From Thermoproteota archaeon (lineage in GTDB: Archaea; Thermoproteota; Thermoprotei; Thermofilales; B9-G17): a stretch of 64,000 nt of DNA. Below, in pieces: positions 26,140-33,932 of this stretch. How positions within the stretch are numbered: the stretch's first letter is position 1; each line of letters opens with the position of its first letter. The translations under genes were made by a program, and so were the position numbers. The notes below the pieces were generated by a model. That model worked only from the letters and a program-made list of their open reading frames with translations, made no database searches and was not told the DNA's origin. The DNA is taken from the NCBI GenBank assembly GCA_029258885.1, contig JAPDJW010000002.1:96001-160000 (forward strand). Reading direction: 5' to 3'.

Positions 26140-27724
26140 CATTTTCTTCTATTTCTCTTCCGCAAAACGGGCATACAGTATATCCTTTAGGTAGGATAGC
26201 TCCGCAGTACTTACATTTTATTACGTTTGGTGGCAGTTCTTCCTCAGGTACCTTTCTTGCCTCAAGGGATTTTAGAAAGAATAGCACGAATGCTAGAACG
26301 GTAAATACTAGCACTATTACGCCCGCTATAATCAGGTAGACGTACACCGTATCCCCCCTATGAAGTAGTGTCGGCGAGAGCTTAAAGCCCCACGAAACAA
26401 AGGTATCTACTAAGTTTTCTCCAGCTGCCTTACTCAGCAACTCAACTACCTTGCTAGTTGTCTCTATTCTCGTGCCCGAGGAAGTTTCCTGTTTAGCGTA
26501 TATGGCGAATCGCCTTATGAAGTCCAGCTCCCCATACTTTGAAGCTAGCTTATAAATGATGTAGAAGGATACCAAGTATCCATATCCTTTATCGAGGAGT
26601 TGATCCCAGTTTTGAACTATACCGAAGTTGCTCGAGTCCAGCGACTCCACTTGGCTAATTCTTGCCTGCATGCTTGCAGTAATATTTCCTTTAACATTCT
26701 TATCGCCTATTTCGATGGCAACAATCATTCCAACGTACTCAGCAACACCCTCATGGAACCATCTAGTATTGCTTGTAGCGGACACACCTACTCTTCCCAA
26801 CATGACATGGACGAGCTCATGTATAGCAGTATGTTCAAGCATTCCGGATACATACCTTATAAGGGCGAGATTCAGGTGAACAACCGTAGGAATCCCCTCA
26901 CCTATATCCGCCGCCATAACGTATCCATAGGTCTCGGGGAATCTCTTAGGCAGAAAGAGTGTCACGTTAATCCATGGTAGAGTAACGTTAAATATCTCAA
27001 CAAGCCTAGGGTAGGCACGCCTATATATGTCAATTATTTTCCTAGAGAAGTTCACGTAGTATATCGGCGTTAAAACCTTAACTATTGTTTCCTCGTTAAT
27101 AGGCTCAACTACCTCCGTCTCCGGTGTTTGAGTGGAAGTCTCATATACTATAATGACTCTCCCACCGATCCTAGGGGAAGGAAACTTATAGTGTAGTCCG
27201 CTCGCATTTTTACCAAGCTTTACTAGATCCATATAGCCATAGCCATACACATATGCTATTTCATCAGTAATTTTGTTATAATCCATCTTAATGCTAATAT
27301 AATAGTCGCCCCTTCCTATGACCACGCTTGGACTCATAAACCATCCTTCTCTCTTAACTAGAAGAGAAGCATGTTCAAAGAAGAAGCTAATATTAAGTTT
27401 AAATACTCCATTAGCTCTATATTTAAACGAAATGTTATAGTAAAATGGGTTATAGCTTTGCTCTACGTTCCATTCAATAAGATCTCCCTCTATGACTTCT
27501 TTTTTATAATTTAATGGAACCTGTATAGTATTTTCACCTATACCTATTCCTTTAGCCATAAAAATTATTTGAACATTTGCACTTCCATTCTCATTTACCA
27601 GTATTTTCATATGACATATTTCCCTACTAATTGATGCTCTGGTACTATGAATACCACAAGAAGTTACTAGGATAAGTAATACTACAATTAGGATACTTTC
27701 AATTCTTTTCATAGATGCTTTCAC
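26120..27724 (-). CDS. Secreted, membrane-anchored gluzincin-type zinc metallopeptidase with a cytoplasmic zinc ribbon
   Basis: Signal peptide, HELVH plus WFHEGVAEY, a C-terminal TM helix and CKYC...CPFC. Confidence 0.8.
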   Translation of the reverse strand: MKASMKRIESILIVVLLILVTSCGIHSTRASISREICHMKILVNENGSANVQIIFMAKGIGIGENTIQVPLNYKKEVIEGDLIEWNVEQSYNPFYYNISFKYRANGVFKLNISFFFEHASLLVKREGWFMSPSVVIGRGDYYISIKMDYNKITDEIAYVYGYGYMDLVKLGKNASGLHYKFPSPRIGGRVIIVYETSTQTPETEVVEPINEETIVKVLTPIYYVNFSRKIIDIYRRAYPRLVEIFNVTLPWINVTLFLPKRFPETYGYVMAADIGEGIPTVVHLNLALIRYVSGMLEHTAIHELVHVMLGRVGVSATSNTRWFHEGVAEYVGMIVAIEIGDKNVKGNITASMQARISQVESLDSSNFGIVQNWDQLLDKGYGYLVSFYIIYKLASKYGELDFIRRFAIYAKQETSSGTRIETTSKVVELLSKAAGENLVDTFVSWGFKLSPTLLHRGDTVYVYLIIAGVIVLVFTVLAFVLFFLKSLEARKVPEEELPPNVIKCKYCGAILPKGYTVCPFCGREIEENVIPPSQ

Positions 27725-27774
27725 CTCATATGCTTACATGAGTCAATATAATAGGGCGGAAGGTATTTAATAAC

Positions 27775-28170
27775 TTACCTTTTTAACCTTATAGTTCTAA
27801 TATACTCGGCTGGAATATCTATGTCATAAATTCTTTTCACATTTCTTTGAATCCATTTAGCTCCCTTCTTATTCTTCTTGTATTTTAAAATATATTCATA
27901 TACCTCCTCAGGTATCCCAGGTATCTTATCGCTGTAACATGTACATGACATTAAGAATTTAGTGAACTTTTTCTCACTAGAAGCAAGGACAACTACTTCA
28001 TCTACCACATATATATGTACTTTACTATTTCCCAAAACCCTTAAGGTTTGAGGCGGTAACTGAATTCTATACGCAATATATTTACCTTTCAGTAATGTTT
28101 TGAGCAGTTTTCTTACTCCTATATATTCGATCTTCATGTTCACACCAGAATCTAAAAGAGATATATTCAT
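27775..28170 (-). CDS. Hypothetical protein, possibly an AbrB-like DNA-binding fold
   Basis: KGKYIAYRIQLP...VHIYVVDEVVVL pattern; AT-rich region. Confidence 0.4.
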   Translation of the reverse strand: MNISLLDSGVNMKIEYIGVRKLLKTLLKGKYIAYRIQLPPQTLRVLGNSKVHIYVVDEVVVLASSEKKFTKFLMSCTCYSDKIPGIPEEVYEYILKYKKNKKGAKWIQRNVKRIYDIDIPAEYIRTIRLKR

Positions 28171-28347
28171 AAATTACAGTTAATATAAAAATTTATCCCT
28201 ATTACATCATTGTATAATATTATTTGAAGGAGTGATGTTTTTATAATAATGTAAAAATAAGCATCGATTTCTATAATAATTATTGAAATAAAATAATAAA
28301 TACTAATTAATTCAAAGTAACTATTTTTCAAAAATAAAATAATTATT

Positions 28348-28606
28348 CGCTCTTGTTTTAAACTACATGACCTATCACCTCTAGTAGTCAGTGGCATAGG
28401 TAGCGTTAGAGGTATGGCTTGTTTGGTGCTTTGCCGTTTTGTCTATTTTGCTGATTTGCAGTATGGGCATTTTATGCTGTTGAGCCAGCGGTGTTTTCGG
28501 AGCATCTCTATTATTTGTTCATCTGTGAGGGTTAGCTTAAGCTTAACCGATTTATATGCTATAAATGCATTACAACATTAAATCATTTAACCTAAAAACA
28601 AGAGCG
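28348..28606 (-). mobile_element. Internally deleted IS1595-family (ISH4 group) element, MITE-like, 259 bp
   Basis: TIRs CGCTCTTGTTTT at both ends and an 8-bp TSD TAATTATT at 28340-28347 and 28607-28614. The interior carries a degraded transposase N-terminus, TDEQIIEMLRKHRWLNSIKCPYCKS...RYLCH, with stops and a frameshift. Confidence 0.85.
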
Positions 28607-28646
28607 TAATTATTTTACAAAATTTTTAGCTTTTAATGATATATTA

Positions 28647-28940
28647 TTAATCTTTATCGGTATTAACCGAACTTTTACCTATTTTCTCAATTTTCTCGTT
28701 TAATGCTTTTATTGCTTGAAAAATGACCTGAAATTTAACATCAACCTCGCTTTCCAGCGCATCTATTCTTTTTTCGATAAGACTTATTCTCTCCTCAATA
28801 TCTTCTCTAATGACAACATTAAGTGTTTTAATTTCGCGTATCTGATAATCTATTCTACGTAGTTGGGCATCCATCTTCATTTTAATATTATATATCATTG
28901 CTCTAATGCTATTAAGCTCTCTAGCCATTTTCTCGCTCAA
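28647..28940 (-). CDS. Small coiled-coil hypothetical protein
   Basis: 97 aa with heptad-like charged pattern. Confidence 0.5.
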   Translation of the reverse strand: MSEKMARELNSIRAMIYNIKMKMDAQLRRIDYQIREIKTLNVVIREDIEERISLIEKRIDALESEVDVKFQVIFQAIKALNEKIEKIGKSSVNTDKD

Positions 28941-29273
28941 CGCCTACACCTACATTTTTATAAAAGCTTTCGCTTTTAGTTATGGATGCACTGTTTAGAA
29001 GATCTTTATAGGTGTCCTGATGCAATAAAGTTTTTATACATATTTTCTCTTTAACTAACGTGTCTATACAGCCCTTTTTATTAATCATTTCCTAATCACT
29101 GTAATACTTTAAGGGTTTCCCTCTTTTATCCTTTATGTGTAAATATTATGTAAAAATATCGGGATATCCGAATATAAAAAACGTGAGGCTATTTTCTTTG
29201 AGAACATTAGTTGAAATGACCTAATAGAAGAGAATTTAAATATGTACACATTATCACGTATGAGGCGTCCCAT

Positions 29274-30416
29274 ATGATGTATAAGGAAATACCTTTCATG
29301 CATTGGGGAATTATCAACAAGTATAATTTCTCTGACGATAAGATTGATCAAATTCCTATTAAAGTGTTTGATCCTCTTCTAACTCACAGGTATAGCATCT
29401 ACGGAACCGCTGGACATTTCAGCTACATAAGCCCAGTAAGAGGCTATAGGCCTAAGGGAGTAAGCGTTGAGAAGAGGAAAAGGAGCGATGTTTTTCATAA
29501 AATAATTGAAGGTCAGGATTGGGCAATCTACATCACGTTAGATGACAACTTAAAGAGTAGTCCATTCGAGAAGACGCCATACATGTTTTGTTCCGAAAAA
29601 TATAGGGCGGCAACGATAATAAACAGGTTCCCTTCATATGTAAGGATAATCGATGATGAAGTACTCGAGAGGATTAAGCGTATAGATGACAAAATAGCCG
29701 GATCCATATCTAGGGGGATAAACCTCGTCACCTTCCCGATAAAGTACTGTGAAAGCGTATCAGAAATAGATAGTAACGATCTATTCTGGATAATAAGATC
29801 CATGAATGCCGCTATATCTTATTCGATAAAGGAGGCAAACAGGATAGGATACGGCAGAATAGTCGTCTATCCATTCTTCAACATAGGTCCACTAGCTGGA
29901 GGTAGTCAGCCTAGGCTCCATTCCCAGGTATACATGGATCTAAACAGTGACGGGCATGGACTCCTAATGGATATAGCTCTCACCGTATTTAGGAGCGGCG
30001 GAGAACAGTGCCCACTCTGTGAGAATCTCGAGGAGGATGTCATAATTTACCAAAATGATACCTGGACTCTATGGGCCGCTAGAGCCCCCAAAAGGAACTT
30101 TCAATTAAGGTTCGCACCAAAGAGACATGTGGAATACATAACCGATCTAAGCTTAAAGGAAATACGTGGATTGGCAGATATATTGATTAGATCAAATAAG
30201 GCGCTGGACGCTTTAGGAGTTAACGAAAACAGGAATATCATATTCTACACCAAGCCAATAGGCTACGGCTTCAACTTCCATCTCTTCGGCGAAATACTGC
30301 CGTGGGAGAATATAGGAGGAGTAGAGCTACTAGATACCTGTAGAGTCGTTAGAGTATCACCGCGCAGCGTAGCAAGTATGGTGAGAGAGCAAATAGGGAA
30401 AGAAACTAAACTATAA
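29274..30416 (+). CDS. GalT-like / HIT-superfamily nucleotidyltransferase
   Basis: FFNIGPLAGGSQPRLHSQVY, CPLCE, FAPKRHV and FHLFGEILP motifs. Confidence 0.7.
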   Translation: MMYKEIPFMHWGIINKYNFSDDKIDQIPIKVFDPLLTHRYSIYGTAGHFSYISPVRGYRPKGVSVEKRKRSDVFHKIIEGQDWAIYITLDDNLKSSPFEKTPYMFCSEKYRAATIINRFPSYVRIIDDEVLERIKRIDDKIAGSISRGINLVTFPIKYCESVSEIDSNDLFWIIRSMNAAISYSIKEANRIGYGRIVVYPFFNIGPLAGGSQPRLHSQVYMDLNSDGHGLLMDIALTVFRSGGEQCPLCENLEEDVIIYQNDTWTLWAARAPKRNFQLRFAPKRHVEYITDLSLKEIRGLADILIRSNKALDALGVNENRNIIFYTKPIGYGFNFHLFGEILPWENIGGVELLDTCRVVRVSPRSVASMVREQIGKETKL

Positions 30417-30933
30417 GTTTCACAATTTCCATGGGAAGCACATCTCTGTTGCTAAGGGTTAGCTCGAATATCCTAACTTCCGGAAGTCTCTTCAACCTCC
30501 TACAGAATTCGTATCTATCGGCCCTTATGTGTATAGTAGCCAAGACAGTTTTCTCGGAGGTGAACGCTTTCCATACAGCATCCTTAAATTTCGCCGAGAA
30601 AAGCTCCATCGGACCTATCTCGTCAATTACAACAACCTGACATTTCTCTAAGGCATTAATTATAGATGAAACGCCCACGGTCTCCAGATCGCTCAGGTTT
30701 ACCGTGTATTTTCCCACCCTAGGTCCGGAACCCCGACCAGCCCATGCAAGTATACCCCTTCTACCGGAGCCTACATCAATTATCTCGAAGCCTACTCTAA
30801 CGCCTCCCCTCCTAACCTCTCGCGTAATCATCCCACCTACACTTACTCCCCTTTCCTTCAGCATCTCGGAGACCTTTAACACAAGTGTGGTTTTACCTAT
30901 CCCGGGTCTGCCGGTAACAAGAATCTTAGCCAT
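30406..30933 (-). CDS. Nucleoside triphosphatase (THEP1/NTPase_1 family)
   Basis: TGRPGIGKTT, VGGMITREVR, VIDEIGPMEL. Confidence 0.93.
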   Translation of the reverse strand: MAKILVTGRPGIGKTTLVLKVSEMLKERGVSVGGMITREVRRGGVRVGFEIIDVGSGRRGILAWAGRGSGPRVGKYTVNLSDLETVGVSSIINALEKCQVVVIDEIGPMELFSAKFKDAVWKAFTSEKTVLATIHIRADRYEFCRRLKRLPEVRIFELTLSNRDVLPMEIVKLIV

Positions 30934-30941
30934 GGTAACAC

Positions 30942-31388
30942 CTATTGCTCGAATTGATCTAAAGGGACAGTGTACTTATATAGTGAACGTGAAACATAAA
31001 TAGGTGACCCGAACCTTAAGGCGAGAGCTATAGAGTCTGATGGTCTAGAATCAACATACCATCGTCTTTCTTTCATGGTCCTCTCGTCTTTAAGTACGAT
31101 AGTCGATGTATAAATGCCACCAATTATGCCATCAATCGTAATTCTCTCTATTTTAACGCCGATTGTATGAAGGATGGATACAATTAAGTCGTGCGTAAGC
31201 GGGCGTTCGAGTTCAACGTTTTCTAAAACAGCTTGAATGGACATGGCTTCGGGAATGCCTATAAATATAGGCAGAACTTTATCCTTCCACTCGTCAGAAC
31301 TCAGTAGCACCACATGGCTAATTCCAACCTGAGTTAAAACTCTATATACTCCAATTACTTTGGCTTCTACATAGTCCTCTGTAATTAT
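30942..31388 (-). CDS. Bifunctional nuclease (DUF151/BFN) family protein
   Basis: LPIFIGIPEA, RPLTHDL and DSRPSDSIALA motifs. The frame stays open upstream of the GTG at 31313, to a possible ATA start at 31388. Confidence 0.85.
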   Translation of the reverse strand: MITEDYVEAKVIGVYRVLTQVGISHVVLLSSDEWKDKVLPIFIGIPEAMSIQAVLENVELERPLTHDLIVSILHTIGVKIERITIDGIIGGIYTSTIVLKDERTMKERRWYVDSRPSDSIALALRFGSPIYVSRSLYKYTVPLDQFEQ

Positions 31389-31473
31389 ATCAGCCTCCCT
31401 CCTAACATAACCTAACTAGTATTTAAATATCTCTATCAATTATTAAAAAACTATTATCTGAAGTAATGTTCTA

Positions 31474-33345
31474 CTAAATTTGGTTCACTTTTTCCATATT
31501 TTTATCTAACTTAATTTCCAAGAATTTGCAGATAGGGCAGTACTTATTGCAGATTAAGCATCCCGTACATTTGTCGGAGTTAAAGATTAAACCCCTATCA
31601 TCTATTCTTAGAGCACCAGATGGACACCAGTTAGTACAGAGTCCGCATGAAATACATAGCGTGGATCTCACTATCAACCTTAACACGTCAATGGCGAGCT
31701 CATCCGTTTCACTAGAACACACCGTATAACGCCGATCCCTTAGGTCTATCACTATACTGGCATCCCTCCTATCGATCCTCAAGAAATCTCCGTCGATGGT
31801 AGCCCTACCGAGCATTGGAAGAAATGCGTATGAAAGTCTATCAGAGTTGATCCGGAACCTGTATGTAGAGCATCCCTCCCCCTCCTCTACCTTGGACAGC
31901 GTAACTCTAACTCCTCTATCATAGCCCATTAGCCTATTATCGATCCTAAGCTCCCTTGAAATATCGCCGGGAATTCTCCTCCATCTCCATAAACCATAGC
32001 GAACCCATTTATCCCCTAATCCTCTGCCTAAAGCATAGCTGGACAGCACCCTTTCCCATTTCTCCCATAGCTCCGGGTGAAGCTTTCTAACAGCCTCGAA
32101 CTCCGCCACCTCACAGGCCGGACAGAGGAAACAGCCAAGCCTATCGAAGCCCGCCTCATATAGGGGATTCACGGTAGCGCGATTCAAGAACAGGTAAAGC
32201 CATACGTCTAGTGCTGTCCAGTCGTTAATGGGGGATGCTGAAAGCAGCGATGGAATCCACCTATTCCTCCACACCCTTGGGGATCTAAACCTAGCAAACG
32301 ACTCGTATCGCCGCTGACCAACTATACTCAACACTTTACTTAAGCCATATTTTTCACGGAAAGCCCTTATAATTGGCGCGAGTTTAACTATTTTACAGCA
32401 CCACCTATAATCCCTAGCCGGAGGACCAAAAACCTCTAGACCATCCCAGAATCTATCGCCTGCATCGGCAGATATCAGCTCGACGCCTGTCCTCTCAGCA
32501 AACATACTAACGTACTCAACCGTTTCAGGCATCTCTATTCCAGTATCGTTGAAGAGTATGGGAACACTACCTAAAGTTTTCTCGGTAATCAGATATGAGG
32601 CTAAGCTGTCTTTTCCTCCGGAGAAGGATACATAAATTCCTTCGAATCCCTTTCTCGATAGATCCTTTATAAAGTCGATTGCTTCTCTTTCAAGCCAGTT
32701 TATGTAATCCCTATTACATCTAACCGCCTCATCCCATGTACTCGCACGACTTGAAAGATTATAGCTCCTCCGCCTCCACGACTTAATGACCTTTATTCTA
32801 GAGCCAGGTAATCTCTCCCCCAATGCATAGAACTTACCGTTTATGGTCTTCAATGCAACGTAAATTCCTTTTCTCTCAGGCAAATGCGATTTGACGATGT
32901 TGCTCTTATGTACTATAAAACCCCTAGCAAGCTTAGGTAGATCTACTAAAGCATAGTACCCTATCTCCTCCTCAACCATCCTATGGACTCCCGCATATAT
33001 CGGCTTAAATCTCCACCTAAACAGCTTCAGATCAAAGAATACGTGGGCGACTATATAGCCTGAAACAATAACTTCATCCCCAGCATCAGGATAAGGTATC
33101 TTATTCAATAAAACAACCTGATCTCTAGGAACGAGAAAATCATATTCCTCGTTAAATAGCTCACGTGCAGCATACCATATCCTCTCAAGATCGGCTCTAA
33201 AGGCAGGCCTTAAGTCAGAGGGAGGAGTAGACCTAACCACAAACCCCCTACTGCCACAGGATTCACAGAACCCGCTCAGAAGGGGGACGTTACAGCTAGG
33301 ACACCAGTATACCCTCTTACCTTCTCGCAATATCTTCTCAAGCAT
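31474..33345 (-). CDS. PAPS-reductase-family protein with an N-terminal zinc finger and a C-terminal 4Fe-4S ferredoxin domain
   Basis: CPSCNVPLL..FCESC, SFSGGKDS, RWCCKIVKL, RLGCFLCP, CISCGLCTNWCP and CTGCLICNKYC. Confidence 0.88.
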   Translation of the reverse strand: MLEKILREGKRVYWCPSCNVPLLSGFCESCGSRGFVVRSTPPSDLRPAFRADLERIWYAARELFNEEYDFLVPRDQVVLLNKIPYPDAGDEVIVSGYIVAHVFFDLKLFRWRFKPIYAGVHRMVEEEIGYYALVDLPKLARGFIVHKSNIVKSHLPERKGIYVALKTINGKFYALGERLPGSRIKVIKSWRRRSYNLSSRASTWDEAVRCNRDYINWLEREAIDFIKDLSRKGFEGIYVSFSGGKDSLASYLITEKTLGSVPILFNDTGIEMPETVEYVSMFAERTGVELISADAGDRFWDGLEVFGPPARDYRWCCKIVKLAPIIRAFREKYGLSKVLSIVGQRRYESFARFRSPRVWRNRWIPSLLSASPINDWTALDVWLYLFLNRATVNPLYEAGFDRLGCFLCPACEVAEFEAVRKLHPELWEKWERVLSSYALGRGLGDKWVRYGLWRWRRIPGDISRELRIDNRLMGYDRGVRVTLSKVEEGEGCSTYRFRINSDRLSYAFLPMLGRATIDGDFLRIDRRDASIVIDLRDRRYTVCSSETDELAIDVLRLIVRSTLCISCGLCTNWCPSGALRIDDRGLIFNSDKCTGCLICNKYCPICKFLEIKLDKNMEKVNQI

Positions 33346-33355
33346 ATCGGAGCAC

Positions 33356-33880
33356 TTAGAGGCTCAAGCTATAGCTAGCAACTATCCTGTATTTATCGCC
33401 CTCAGCCCTATATAAACATACTTTATCAACAACAGCCTCGTCACGGATATCCTTAAATTGCTTAACAACCCTGCTAACATACCTATGTATGCTTAGGTCA
33501 GGTTTAATGGGAAGCCTAGCTAACGAGACATGGGGGCGAAAATCAGCATACTTATCCTTAGTTTTAATGCCATATTTACTCATATATTCAATTATAGCCT
33601 TCCTTAATTCAGATAATTTTTCTACACCTCTAACTACGGGGGCAACAAGATATCTGGGGGAGGAGGCCGAGGGGAAAGGTATCACGCCCTTAAAGTATAG
33701 TTTAAAAGCCTTGAGGGAGCCTATTGCTGGAGATAAGTCTATGAAGGCAACGTTTTTCCTTACGGCGCCCAGATATACTATGGTTAAATGTCTTTTCTCG
33801 ATAGGTATAGCATCGTAATATTCAAAGCTTAACTTCCCGTAAGCTTCAAGATGTATAGGCAAGGCATAGAAGTATGTCAA
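33356..33880 (-). CDS. thpR: RNA 2',3'-cyclic phosphodiesterase (2H family)
   Basis: Two HxT/S motifs, HLTIVYLG and FRPHVSLAR. TTG at 33880 with an upstream GGTGGTG is preferred over 33934. Confidence 0.8.
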   Translation of the reverse strand: MTYFYALPIHLEAYGKLSFEYYDAIPIEKRHLTIVYLGAVRKNVAFIDLSPAIGSLKAFKLYFKGVIPFPSASSPRYLVAPVVRGVEKLSELRKAIIEYMSKYGIKTKDKYADFRPHVSLARLPIKPDLSIHRYVSRVVKQFKDIRDEAVVDKVCLYRAEGDKYRIVASYSLSL

Positions 33881-33932
33881 AACACCACCTGTCTGCCTAA
33901 CTTTTAAATATATATTTAATGAGATATATAAC

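Noticed and set aside
28167-28397. 76-aa ORF in the track
   Set aside because: Low-complexity AT-rich translation that crosses the IS terminal repeat; likely spurious
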